Of a stretch of 64,000 nucleotides of DNA, positions 9,217 through 18,833 are shown in pieces (position 1 is the stretch's first letter; each line of letters starts with the position of its first letter). The notes below the pieces were generated by a model that had not been told where the DNA came from, did not search any database, and saw nothing but the letters and a program-made list of their open reading frames with translations. Location of the stretch: the NCBI GenBank assembly GCA_016931225.1, contig JAFGFE010000031.1, positions 72,746 to 136,745 on the forward strand. Direction: 5' to 3'. A program made the translations under genes and the position numbers. Origin of the DNA: Candidatus Zymogenaceae bacterium (GTDB taxonomy: Bacteria > Desulfobacterota > Zymogenia > Zymogenales > Zymogenaceae).

Positions 9217-9666
9217 CTACTCCGACGCCCGAACGGTCAAAACCGGCACACGAATGTGCCTGACCACCTTTTCCGCCACGGATCCAAATACCAGGTGGCG
9301 TACGCCGGTCTCGCCGTGAGTGGCGATGACGAGGATATCGGGCTTTTGCTCATCGGAAACCGCCACGATTTCATCCGCTGCCTTGCCCACGGTGATGACC
9401 GGATGCGCCTCAACGCCCTTTGGAATCCTGCTCTTGATTATCTCCGAGATTTTTTGAAATGAAATCTCCTCCAGCTGTTTCTGATATTTCGGGATATCAA
9501 CGCCCGTGATGGTCGTCGATCCGGAGAGATACGGAATCTCGGCGACGACATGCAGAATCACGAGCCGGGCGTCGAAGTGCGCCGCCAGCTCTCCGGCGAT
9601 ATCAAGCGCCCCATATGACGGCTCGGAAAAGTCAATAGGGCAGAGTATCTTTTTTATCGGCAGCAT
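9217..9666 (-). CDS. Universal stress protein (UspA family)
   Basis: ILCPIDFSE...LVILHVV...VIATHGETGVRHLVFGSVAEKVVRH..PVLTV. Confidence 0.85.
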   Translation of the reverse strand: MLPIKKILCPIDFSEPSYGALDIAGELAAHFDARLVILHVVAEIPYLSGSTTITGVDIPKYQKQLEEISFQKISEIIKSRIPKGVEAHPVITVGKAADEIVAVSDEQKPDILVIATHGETGVRHLVFGSVAEKVVRHIRVPVLTVRASE

Positions 9667-9713
9667 CGGTTATTCCTTATCTATTATGTTGCTATGAAAT
9701 ATTTTTTGACCAG

Positions 9714-9743
9714 AAAAATCGATAGAAGCTCGCTTCTTTCGAT
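9714..9743 (-). terminator. Intrinsic terminator after the second USP gene
   Basis: An 11-bp stem with one mismatch (9718-9728 with 9733-9743) and loop CTCG, followed on the minus strand by a U-run (A-run 9714-9718 on plus). Confidence 0.5.
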
Positions 9744-9754
9744 ACGGTGAGAAA

Positions 9755-10216
9755 TCAAGGGATCTCCGTGCCGTCGGTTTGTACGGTCAGTACAGGACAG
9801 GACGCATGCCGGATCACCTTTTCCGCCACCGATCCGAAAAAGAGGTGTGTCACACCGGACTCCCCGTGAGTGGATATGACGAGGAAATCCGGTTTGATCT
9901 CATCGGCCACATCGATGATGACATCGGCGGGTCTGCCGCTTTTTATCGCAGACTCGACCTGGACGATCGATGATATCTTCTCCTGTATTGTCGTCTCCAG
10001 GGCGATTCTCCCCGCCTCCTCAAGCTTTTCCTGGTATTCCGGCACGTCTATCGATGGATTCGTGGGAAGCGCGGGCAAAACCGGTATATCCTGCACCACA
10101 TGCAGCACCGTCAGCTTCGCGTTGAAATGGACGGCCAGCTCCTCCGCGGTTTCCAGGGCCTTATACGATGACTCGGAAAAGTCAATGGGACATAAAATAT
10201 GTGTAACTGGAAGCAT
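9755..10216 (-). CDS. Universal stress protein (UspA family), tandem paralog
   Basis: Same motif set (ILCPIDFSE, VISTHGESGVTHLFFGSVAEKVIRH, PVLTV). Start set to the ATG giving MLPVTHIL, by analogy with the neighbour. Confidence 0.8.
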   Translation of the reverse strand: MLPVTHILCPIDFSESSYKALETAEELAVHFNAKLTVLHVVQDIPVLPALPTNPSIDVPEYQEKLEEAGRIALETTIQEKISSIVQVESAIKSGRPADVIIDVADEIKPDFLVISTHGESGVTHLFFGSVAEKVIRHASCPVLTVQTDGTEIP

Positions 10217-10403
10217 TACGTAAATCCGTTTCGTGAAAGTGTTGATAATCAATCGACCGGGGGTGTACCCGGTGTCTATTACTGTATAATCAGAGGTCGC
10301 CTCCCGTCAAGGATAATCCGTCGGATATCAATTTCGCCATCGGGATCGATTGCGCCGTATCGTGATCAATCGCGTGGTTCGATGTCACTTCTCACACGAC
10401 TTC

Positions 10404-11135
10404 CTAATGAAAAAAGAGCGCCGCCGACACGATCATCAACAGGGTGAATACAATTCTCTTGAATGTTTCTTGCTTGATGCGGCTGAAGAAATAGGTCCCG
10501 ATAAATACTCCCACCAGTGAAAACGGAATAACAATTCCCACACACTTCAGCACTTCTACGGTTATCAGTCCGTTGATCGAATGCATGACGATGATGAGGA
10601 GAGCGGTCACCATGAAATAAGATTGCAGGGTAATGGTTGCTTCATTTTTGTCCCAGTCCTGAAGCGACGTATAGATGATCGCCGGCGGACCGCTGGTATT
10701 GTAGGCCCCACCCAGGCAGCCGGAGACGAATCCGAACACGTATCCCCACGTTTTTGAGAGAGAAAATGAGGGCTCCCTTCCCACAAGGGAATAGAGAGCA
10801 TAGAGAAACAGGCACACAGCAAACGTCCGAATGATAACGACCTCGTTGAGATGAATCAGTCCGAACACGCCCAGGGGAATGCCGAAGAGTGCGCCGATAA
10901 GAAGGGGAGAGAGCTTTTTTATATCAAAATGGGATCTCAGTGTTAAAAAGACATAAAACGTCACCAGGGCGGCCTCCAGGGCGACCAGGGGCGTGACGAA
11001 CGTGATGGGGAAAAAAAGCGGCAAGAGAGACATGGAGACCAGGGCGAATCCGAAACCGGAGAGCCCCTGCACACCCGAGGCGAGAAAGATTATCGCCGCA
11101 AGCAAAGCGTAATCCCAGAAGGATGTTATGCACAT
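10404..11135 (-). CDS. TauE/SafE family (sulfite-exporter-like) membrane protein
   Basis: Multi-pass protein with a repeated Gly-rich pattern (SGVQGLSGFGF, GFVSGCLGGAYNTSGPP). The start is uncertain and the track ORF extends to 11246. Confidence 0.65.
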   Translation of the reverse strand: MCITSFWDYALLAAIIFLASGVQGLSGFGFALVSMSLLPLFFPITFVTPLVALEAALVTFYVFLTLRSHFDIKKLSPLLIGALFGIPLGVFGLIHLNEVVIIRTFAVCLFLYALYSLVGREPSFSLSKTWGYVFGFVSGCLGGAYNTSGPPAIIYTSLQDWDKNEATITLQSYFMVTALLIIVMHSINGLITVEVLKCVGIVIPFSLVGVFIGTYFFSRIKQETFKRIVFTLLMIVSAALFFH

Positions 11136-11310
11136 GATAGTCCGAACATGAGGTGACACGCATGCATATCCGAATCGGATATATTCATTCAATATATTCC
11201 CGCGTGGTCTCTTCCGATATCGACAGATAAAACAAGCATCATACAAGACGATATCAACGCGTTCGTTCCTTATAGCGTATCGTTATGCAAATATCAAACA
11301 CATTCTTCAA

Positions 11311-12096
11311 TCATTTTCCCTGATAAAGCCGCTGTCCCAAAAACGGATTCAGTCCCTGCCTGCTCAGCTCCGTCACCACCGATTCGATATCATACCTGAA
11401 GCGATGAAACTTCACCCGTTTTTCATCTTCATCAAATATCAGAAATGAGGCCATGCTGTCTCCGTCTCTCGGCTGTCCGATACTACCCGGATTAATCAGG
11501 TAGGTGAGATCAGCATCCAGGGACAGATCCGGAGGGGCCTGGGACAGATAGAAAGTTCCATTTGATAAAAAGCACGACACCACATGAGAATGCCCGAAAA
11601 AACAGAGTGTCACATCGGTTGATTCCTGCAGTACCGCGATATTGTGAGCCGCGGCATCCGGTGAAAGAATATACTCATCCGGATCTATAGCCGATCCATG
11701 AACCAGAAGATACTTCTTATCTACGGTCATTTGGGAGGGAAGCGTCCTGAGATATTCCCGGTTTTTCTCCGTCAGCACCTCCCTGGTCCAGAGTATCGCT
11801 TCCCGGGCGATGTCGTTGAAGACGATCGGCTCCTGAATGCCTGCGGCCACGCGGTCGTGATTTCCCATGATCGTGGGGATGCCGCACCTTCGTAATATAT
11901 CAATGCACTCATTCGGCCAGGGATTGTAGCCGACGACATCCCCGAGGCAGACGGTACGATCGACACCAAGAAGTTTTGTCACGGCGAAGAACGCCTCAAG
12001 GGCGATGAGGTTCCCGTGAATATCGGAAATGACTGCTGTTTTCACGTAATAATCCCATGTATACTCCCGCGTGATCCCGTCCCCATTTCCTCTCAT
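11311..12096 (-). CDS. Metallophosphoesterase (calcineurin-like, YfcE/MJ0936-type)
   Basis: ISDIHGN, GDVVGY, GNHD and GHSH motifs occur in the canonical order. Confidence 0.8.
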   Translation of the reverse strand: MRGNGDGITREYTWDYYVKTAVISDIHGNLIALEAFFAVTKLLGVDRTVCLGDVVGYNPWPNECIDILRRCGIPTIMGNHDRVAAGIQEPIVFNDIAREAILWTREVLTEKNREYLRTLPSQMTVDKKYLLVHGSAIDPDEYILSPDAAAHNIAVLQESTDVTLCFFGHSHVVSCFLSNGTFYLSQAPPDLSLDADLTYLINPGSIGQPRDGDSMASFLIFDEDEKRVKFHRFRYDIESVVTELSRQGLNPFLGQRLYQGK

Positions 12097-12117
12097 CCAT
12101 CACCGGGAGGATCTCGG

Positions 12118-13206
12118 TTACCGTATCGGTTCGTGCATTATCTGCGTCAACGGCCCGTTTTCCACAGGCAGGTCGAATAAACGGTCGGTCACACATCTCA
12201 GGCGTGAAAAGAGCTTGTAGAACCAGTAGGAAGGATCGAAGGGATAAAGCGTCACGGCATAATCGAAATCCAAAAAAGCCTCTTCGTATTTTTCCATATC
12301 GAACAGGACAAGACCTCTCAAGTAGTATGCAACGGAGTCGTTCGGATCGAGCCAGATGGCGGTGGATAAATCCTGGAGGGCGTACATCAGATCACCTTCG
12401 CTGTAGTACCATCCACCCCTGTTGCAGTACAGGAGCGGATCTTTCGGATACATCTCCAACGCACGATCGTAATGATTCAGTGCGGCGGAATAGTCTCCGT
12501 TGAGCTCGTGGTATATGGCGATGTTGTTGTGGGCGGACGATATCAGCTCGTCATACGTCAGGTTGTAGAGAAATACACCGTTCATCAGAGATGAGGGATT
12601 GATGTTGTAATCCCATTCGCATTCCGCATCGGTAAATACCAGCGGGTCCGTGGCTTCCCAATTGACGTCGCCCTTGTTGACGGGATTATCGGGATTGATC
12701 GGATCGTGTCTGCCGTCGGCGTCCCAGCGGACGAAGGCGTGTTCCGGGGCGCTCACGCCGTACAGGGGAAGATTGAGAGCTTTACCGATACTGACATACG
12801 TGACGGTGTAGTGAAAGCAGTCAAGTTTCCGGTCTCTCAGACCGTCATGAAACAGCTCCGGCATACCGTAGCTAAATCCCAGGTCGTCAAGGGTATCGTC
12901 AATGGCCCGGAGTACGACCACCGGGTCCGGATTTTGTCCCGACCGATCGTGTGAAATTCTTCTCGCCGCCTCATCGATGATGGAATCGAGCATCAGATAG
13001 TCGGATTCTTCAGAACCCAGGGCTCGTTCCATATCGAGAATCACGTGGGCCGGCGTGTGGTAGCGTCGGTTGAAGGAAGCACCGTCGGAACTTTCTCCGG
13101 CAACCGATCCACACATCGTGAAAATCAGCACGACGGTGCCGATGACGGCTGTGAGGTTTTTTCGAAAACATCCCGTCACAATACGCCTCTTCCTTTGAGG
13201 GCACAT
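12118..13206 (-). CDS. Secreted or membrane-anchored transglutaminase-like (SirB1-type) domain plus TPR repeat protein
   Basis: N-terminal hydrophobic anchor and a SirB1-like segment (LNLPLYGVSAPEHAFVRWD). The C-terminal TPR repeats are AALNHYDRALEMYP, YALQDLSTAIWLDP and EAFLDFDYAVTLYP. Confidence 0.55.
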   Translation of the reverse strand: MCPQRKRRIVTGCFRKNLTAVIGTVVLIFTMCGSVAGESSDGASFNRRYHTPAHVILDMERALGSEESDYLMLDSIIDEAARRISHDRSGQNPDPVVVLRAIDDTLDDLGFSYGMPELFHDGLRDRKLDCFHYTVTYVSIGKALNLPLYGVSAPEHAFVRWDADGRHDPINPDNPVNKGDVNWEATDPLVFTDAECEWDYNINPSSLMNGVFLYNLTYDELISSAHNNIAIYHELNGDYSAALNHYDRALEMYPKDPLLYCNRGGWYYSEGDLMYALQDLSTAIWLDPNDSVAYYLRGLVLFDMEKYEEAFLDFDYAVTLYPFDPSYWFYKLFSRLRCVTDRLFDLPVENGPLTQIMHEPIR

Positions 13207-13218
13207 TCCACTTTCGGC

Positions 13219-15123
13219 TTAAAGAAACTCCACCAACCCCAGCTCGTTGATATGCGTATCCGTTGGATATGCGGTCTCGACACTCCACCCCATGAGCCGG
13301 TAGTAATGATCCCGATACCGATAAAATTTCTCGGGATCAATAGCCAGTGTACCCTCAAAGGGACCTTCTACCATATTCTCGGTGTATTTATCGGGAAGGC
13401 AGTCATCCTCTTTTGAAAAACCTTCACGGAAATTGTATATGCGCGAAAGCACAATGCTCCGATCACCCGCCCTCAGAAGCTCATGTATGGTCACTTCCCA
13501 GCCGGTGATCGACTTAATCATATCCAGCATGGTATCCACCGACATCGGGCCGCGCGGCGCAAAACCGAAAAAACACCCCCCGATGACATCGAGCATCCGG
13601 GCATACCTGCTGATAATTACGTAATTTTTTGCCTTTTGCTCCGAGAGATCAAGCGCATCAACGGCCACCGTCAACCCCAGTTTTCTCGCTTCACCGAAGC
13701 TCCAGGTATCATCGACGGTAAAGAACGAATCGTGAGGCGCAACCAGATGATCCGCACCGATATCTGACACCACATATCCCAGTCCAACCCCGGTTTTCGT
13801 CCGGATGTCGTGCATGGGTACTTCCTGTCCCTTGATGGTGATGGTATATTTTTCCGATCCCTTCCCGATTTTCTTCGCCATCCGCGCCTGCCCCTCCGCA
13901 AGGAGGTCCCCGATCCCATCGCGGTGCGCCGTCATTTCGATCAGTTTCAGCAGCATCTCACCGTCCCCGAAGGAGAGCTCCATGCCGCCGGTATCCTTGT
14001 CGGTCAGGATTTCCTCTTCATAGCACTTAATCGCAAAAGAGATTGCCATTCCCAGGGAGATGGAATCTATACCGAAGTGGTTTGCGAGCTCGTTCGCCTT
14101 GGCGACGACAGCCAGGTCGTTGATGCCGACGTTCGAGCCCAGTGCGGCGATGGTTTCGTATTCCGGCCCGCCGTACTCCGAATCGACACTGATATCCCCC
14201 CTGGTCACCTCTATGACCCGCTTACAGCGAATCGGACATGCGAAGCACCCTTTTCTGTCTTTGAGGATTTCCTCATTGTACTTGTTGCAGAAGAGATTTT
14301 CGCCTCCTTCAAGGATCCCCCTGTCCCAGTTGTTGGTGGGCAATGCCCCCCCCGCCATCATGGCGTTGACGCCGATGGTCGTGCCGTATTCGAACAGAGA
14401 ATTGCCGATGGGATTGTCCTTGAAGGTTTGTGCGAACTCCTTTGCGATGTTCTTCAGTGCTTTCGGATCGGCAAGCGGGAGTTTTTTTGAACCCTTTACC
14501 GCCACCGCCTTCAGGTTCTTGCTCCCCATGACCGCCCCGAGGCCGTTCCTTCCGTTGAAATGGCCCAGGTCGTTTCCGAGATTGGCGTATCGAACAAGGT
14601 TCTCGCCCGCCTGTCCGATTATCAGTACCCTGGCGCGCTGTTCGCCCACTTCCTCCCTGATGGCCTCCTGTGCCGGCTTTGCGCCTGTTCCCCAGATGGA
14701 ATCCGCCGGCCTGATCTCCACGGCCGTGTCGGTTATCCAGAGATACACCGGGCTCTTGGATTTTCCCTCGACGATCAGGGCGTCGTATCCGGCGAACTTC
14801 AGCTCAGGGCCCCAGAATCCGCCGGCCTCGGAAGCGGCAAGGCCGCCGGTCAGAGGCGATTTTGCAACCGCGGTAAATCGGGGAATCGCCGGACCGGGCG
14901 CGCCGGTTACGGCGCCGTTCGCCAGAATAAGGAGATTCTCCTCAGACAGCGGATCGATATTCGGAGCGGTCTCCTTCAGGAGGAAGAAAAGCCCCAGTGA
15001 TCGTCCCCCCAGGTATGTCCGCATGAAGCCGTCATCCAGCTCTTCAACCCGATGAGAGCCTTCGGTCAGATTTACCCTCAGAATTCTATTCCAATACCCG
15101 CCGCGGGTTGTTTCTTCCGCCAT
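13219..15123 (-). CDS. aor: Tungsten-containing aldehyde:ferredoxin oxidoreductase
   Basis: Hallmarks of the AOR family include GGRSLG, GCFACPIRC (4Fe-4S Cys), EYGGPEYETIAALG, DGIGDLLAEG and DHLVAPHD. GGAGG SD present. Confidence 0.9.
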   Translation of the reverse strand: MAEETTRGGYWNRILRVNLTEGSHRVEELDDGFMRTYLGGRSLGLFFLLKETAPNIDPLSEENLLILANGAVTGAPGPAIPRFTAVAKSPLTGGLAASEAGGFWGPELKFAGYDALIVEGKSKSPVYLWITDTAVEIRPADSIWGTGAKPAQEAIREEVGEQRARVLIIGQAGENLVRYANLGNDLGHFNGRNGLGAVMGSKNLKAVAVKGSKKLPLADPKALKNIAKEFAQTFKDNPIGNSLFEYGTTIGVNAMMAGGALPTNNWDRGILEGGENLFCNKYNEEILKDRKGCFACPIRCKRVIEVTRGDISVDSEYGGPEYETIAALGSNVGINDLAVVAKANELANHFGIDSISLGMAISFAIKCYEEEILTDKDTGGMELSFGDGEMLLKLIEMTAHRDGIGDLLAEGQARMAKKIGKGSEKYTITIKGQEVPMHDIRTKTGVGLGYVVSDIGADHLVAPHDSFFTVDDTWSFGEARKLGLTVAVDALDLSEQKAKNYVIISRYARMLDVIGGCFFGFAPRGPMSVDTMLDMIKSITGWEVTIHELLRAGDRSIVLSRIYNFREGFSKEDDCLPDKYTENMVEGPFEGTLAIDPEKFYRYRDHYYRLMGWSVETAYPTDTHINELGLVEFL

Positions 15124-15126
15124 CCG

Positions 15127-15357
15127 TTAACCTCCTCCAAAGATCGGATATATATCAACGATATCATCGTCAAACAGGCGAAGATCCCTCCTCTCTTTCC
15201 CGGAGATCGGCCTGTCATTGACCAGTACTATTCCTATTTCGTCCTTTTTTATACGAAGTCTTTCAATGGCATTGATAAAGCTGTCGGCTTCGACATAAAT
15301 CTCCTCCCTCCCCTCGAAGTGATGTCTCAAGCCGACGGCAAGTCTGATCGTTACCAT
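15127..15357 (-). CDS. MoaD/ThiS-family ubiquitin-like small protein
   Basis: 76 aa ending in ...IFGGG-stop (C-terminal di-glycine). Its stop lies 3 nt from the aor start. Confidence 0.65.
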   Translation of the reverse strand: MVTIRLAVGLRHHFEGREEIYVEADSFINAIERLRIKKDEIGIVLVNDRPISGKERRDLRLFDDDIVDIYPIFGGG

Positions 15358-15420
15358 ATATACCGGATTACATATTGCAATTGCTGCGAAATGCGCACAA
15401 GGCGTGAACGAGAACTGTTA

Positions 15421-16668
15421 TTACTGTCTCTTGGACTCCAGCGTCTCGATAAACGCCTCAATCCTGGTTTTCGCCTGGGCCTCGGAATATACCCGTTCGT
15501 CGGTCATGTCCGCTTCGATGACGAGCGTGGGTATCCCGGTATCTTCCTGGATCATCCGTGCGATATCGTATTGGCCCAGAGAGTAGGGCTTGCAGGAGCG
15601 GTTTGAGTGAAGCACGAAGCCATCCGCTTTGTAACGGGAAATAAGACCCTTGATCTCTTCCGCCATGATCTCGATATCGATATTGAGGTAGATCTGGGTG
15701 TAACACTCCGCCAGGCTTTCCAGCGGATTATCCGGGTCTATTCGCTGTCTCGCCCAGGCGTTTGTGTAGGTGTCTGCCACCAGGCACGCCCCATAGGATG
15801 AGAACAGCTCCGACAGCGGCCTCAGTTGATACCATATCGGCAGGTTGTCCCACAGCAGTCGATACTTCTCGTTATCGACCGCGGCGATGCCCTCGGCGAC
15901 ACGCTCCTCAAGCTCTGCAAGCAGACCACGGTAGAACTCGTTGTTTTCCTCCGTGCCCCGAAGCGTCACGATGGGTCCCAAAAAGAAAAATGCGTCAAAA
16001 CAGCTAATTGGTGAGGGGCTGTTTTCACACGTCGAAAGCACCTTGTTCCAGAGCCGTACCCCTTCCATGGAAAGTTGTGCGACTTCTCCGAATCTGTCCA
16101 TGTCAAATGGCGTGCCGCATTGCTGCTCCAGAAAATCAACATATTCCTGCATCTGTGCGGTCACATACGCGGCGCTTTGTGTGGTTTTTGTCTGGTGGAT
16201 AAAGGGCGTATCAATCAGAAACATCGGAACGTCGAAAAAGCGGGAGAGCACTTCGTACCATTTTGTAACGGTGCCGCAGATGTTGTTGCATGCAATGAGG
16301 AAGTCGGGCTTGGGCAGTCCCCCGGGAATTGGACTTTGTTTGGTGACGGCGCTGCCGATGTCCCCCCGAAAATACGAGCAGAGATCCCGGGCATACCCCA
16401 TGTCTTCAGCGACCTGGCACATATCGACACTCATCCTCGACGCCCCCAGCATGGCCCCGTGATTCTCCGGATATATCGGGATAACATCCATGGCGTGAAG
16501 CGGCTCCACCGGGCCGCCGCTGGTAATCCATGCGATTTTCTTGGAGCCGTCGGCCTCGGCTATTTTCGCGCCTGTGTAATAATCGGTCATGAGCTGGCGC
16601 ATGGCCTTGGCGGAGCGCATTTTCTTTTTTTCCTTCCCGGAATCGGCACCCTTTTTTTCCTCTGACAC
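15421..16668 (-). CDS. 2-hydroxyacyl-CoA dehydratase family protein, HgdA/LcdA-like subunit
   Basis: Family signatures include DLCSYFRGD, ACNNICGT and HSNRSCKPYS. GTG 16668 lies 5 nt after AAGGAGA. Confidence 0.8.
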   Translation of the reverse strand: MSEEKKGADSGKEKKKMRSAKAMRQLMTDYYTGAKIAEADGSKKIAWITSGGPVEPLHAMDVIPIYPENHGAMLGASRMSVDMCQVAEDMGYARDLCSYFRGDIGSAVTKQSPIPGGLPKPDFLIACNNICGTVTKWYEVLSRFFDVPMFLIDTPFIHQTKTTQSAAYVTAQMQEYVDFLEQQCGTPFDMDRFGEVAQLSMEGVRLWNKVLSTCENSPSPISCFDAFFFLGPIVTLRGTEENNEFYRGLLAELEERVAEGIAAVDNEKYRLLWDNLPIWYQLRPLSELFSSYGACLVADTYTNAWARQRIDPDNPLESLAECYTQIYLNIDIEIMAEEIKGLISRYKADGFVLHSNRSCKPYSLGQYDIARMIQEDTGIPTLVIEADMTDERVYSEAQAKTRIEAFIETLESKRQ

Positions 16669-16726
16669 CGTTCTCTCCTTGAGCTATACGTCAAACAAGT
16701 CGCGTTTTTTATGAAATTATATCACA

Positions 16727-17860
16727 TCATCCCTGGGCGAGCATTTCGATGAACGCCTCGATCCGTGTCCTGATCTGCCCCGGGCTCGGATTATCCATTT
16801 CCATCTCTATCAGCATGTGGGGAAGTCCCTTTTCCTCGACCGCGTTCTTCAGGTGTGGGTAATCAAATGAGTGGGGATCGCAGAACTTGATGAGAAGAAA
16901 GATGACCCCCTTCGCATTCGCATTGTCGATGATGCTCTTAAGATACATTCCCCGGTCAAAATCGAGGCTGTGCTTCGCCGCACACAGGGGTCGTTGAATA
17001 ATGCGGTCGGCCAGGGCTTCGATGGGATCCTTCTTTTTCACATCGACGTTGAGGGAATAATACCGTGAACCGGTACATATATCATCACCCGACACGGAGG
17101 CGCCGGCATTTTCGATACAATCATATATATCGGTGAATACACACATATTCCCGACGACGACCACCCGTATCGGATCGTATGGATCTTCTTTTCCCTCAAG
17201 CTCGGACAGCAACTCCTCTATCAGGCGATTGTGCTCCTGTACCGGCATATACATGGCCGCCTGGACGCAGTCATCGGTGATTTTCGACCCAACGATGCCC
17301 GGGTGTTTTCTCTTGATATCATGAAGGCGATTGAGGTTATCGCGCATTCGGTTATACATTCTGATGCTGTCCCACAGGGAGTCATCCGTGATTTCTCCGT
17401 CGACAAACTCCTCCAGAGACGCACGAAACGCGGAAAGCTCCTCGATGACATAGGTTCGGGCGCTCTCCGTGTGGAGCTTGACCGGCAGCACGATATCCGC
17501 ATGATAAGAGAAGCCCGCGTTTATACGCCAGATGTCCGACAGGCGTTGTATGGAGTCGCAGGTGTGGGGGAACACCGTCCCATCAATGAAACTAAGATCT
17601 CCGGAGAGCGCCGTGTCCAGAGCGGTCCGCACCAGCGAGCATGAATAGCTCTGGAGATGCCTGTCTGCGAATTCCACCTGTTTTTTTCTTCCCATAATGC
17701 GGTACGGCACACAACCCGCAGCATGGATCATCTCTTCCGGTGTGTAGGTACAAAAATACCCGATGATCGGCTTTTGTAACGTATCCTTGAATCGTTTCCC
17801 CGCCGTCACCGGGTCCTCCACGATCCGCCGTATTTCCTGCAACACCTCAGCGGCATCCAT
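16727..17860 (-). CDS. 2-hydroxyacyl-CoA dehydratase family protein, HgdB/LcdB-like subunit
   Basis: GYFCTYTPEEMIHAAGCVP, FPHTCDS, LIKFCDPHSFDY and the terminal RTRIEAFIEML, as in BcrC/BadD/HgdB-family proteins. Confidence 0.8.
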   Translation of the reverse strand: MDAAEVLQEIRRIVEDPVTAGKRFKDTLQKPIIGYFCTYTPEEMIHAAGCVPYRIMGRKKQVEFADRHLQSYSCSLVRTALDTALSGDLSFIDGTVFPHTCDSIQRLSDIWRINAGFSYHADIVLPVKLHTESARTYVIEELSAFRASLEEFVDGEITDDSLWDSIRMYNRMRDNLNRLHDIKRKHPGIVGSKITDDCVQAAMYMPVQEHNRLIEELLSELEGKEDPYDPIRVVVVGNMCVFTDIYDCIENAGASVSGDDICTGSRYYSLNVDVKKKDPIEALADRIIQRPLCAAKHSLDFDRGMYLKSIIDNANAKGVIFLLIKFCDPHSFDYPHLKNAVEEKGLPHMLIEMEMDNPSPGQIRTRIEAFIEMLAQG

Positions 17861-17912
17861 TCAGCACCCCTTGTGAATCAACAGATATTAGGCATACATA
17901 ATATTTTATATG

Positions 17913-18833
17913 TCAGTTCAGCGTTCTCAATTTGATTCTTCCGAACTCGTCGCTTCCCACCTGAAAATGGGCACCGCCCGTTTCCTCAGACAGGATACGA
18001 AGAATCTCCGGAGATTCCTTCTTTCCGATGTAGATGGAGTGTACCGCGATATTATCCCGTTTTGCAAGCTCTATCTCCCGGGCGATTTCCCGGTCTCCCT
18101 CCGTCGGTCGGCCGTCGGTGATGAACACAACGTGCTTGATCTTGTCATACACGATGTTGAACTCCCGGATGACATCCAGCAGCGGAAGCTGATAGTTTGT
18201 AAATCCACTGCAGAGACAGCGGGACGCCATCTCGCCGATCCTGTTATACGATCGGGTGAAAAACGATTGATCCTTGAGATATTTTGTAGACTGATGGTTG
18301 AACTCTATGTAACCCAGGCGCATCCTGCGGCGCCTGGTCATGCGGATGAGGCCCAGAATCAGCATGGACGACCACTGCGCCCGTGAGCCGGTCATGGATG
18401 AGCTGATGTCCCTGATGATCGCCAGCGCCCCGCCCTTGATCTTTTTCGATCGCATCATGGCCCTGGGAAGCTTCGGATTGAGCATATCCAGCCAGATGGT
18501 CGATTCCACCGGATCGAGGTCGTCGAATTGGGAAAAATCCTCAAGATTCGTCCACGACCTGGGAGAGCCGCCGTAATCACGCATGAGTTCTTCGGTTTTT
18601 TGAATGATGTTTCCCTCAATGACCTTGAGGATGGGACGAACGTCCTTGAGAGTCTCCCGGTTTACTTCATCCTCGTCACGGACCGGCGCCTCCTCACCCC
18701 GCTTTTCCCTGGAGGGGAGGAGTTCCTTTACATTGAAGGATTCTTCGGGAAAACTGTCGAAATCCTTGTCGGAGATTTCGGCCGGTTCGGTGTTGCCCTC
18801 TTTTGTCTCTTCTGGGCGAAACTCCTCTGTCAA
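17913..18833 (-). CDS. von Willebrand factor A (VWA) domain protein with an acidic N-terminal region
   Basis: MIDAS motif DISSSMTG with a later ITDGRPTEGD. The N-terminal ~80 aa are E/D-rich. The TTG start overlaps the moxR stop (TTGA). Confidence 0.75.
   Translation of the reverse strand: MTEEFRPEETKEGNTEPAEISDKDFDSFPEESFNVKELLPSREKRGEEAPVRDEDEVNRETLKDVRPILKVIEGNIIQKTEELMRDYGGSPRSWTNLEDFSQFDDLDPVESTIWLDMLNPKLPRAMMRSKKIKGGALAIIRDISSSMTGSRAQWSSMLILGLIRMTRRRRMRLGYIEFNHQSTKYLKDQSFFTRSYNRIGEMASRCLCSGFTNYQLPLLDVIREFNIVYDKIKHVVFITDGRPTEGDREIAREIELAKRDNIAVHSIYIGKKESPEILRILSEETGGAHFQVGSDEFGRIKLRTLN

Noticed and set aside
3407-11135. Taurine/sulfoacetaldehyde pathway (Xsc-like ThDP enzyme plus TauE exporter plus Tpa/Ald)
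   Set aside because: The ThDP enzyme resembles IolD rather than Xsc as I recall them. No pta is present. The TauE gene, the ThDP gene and the transaminase/ald genes are in separate, unlinked transcription units.
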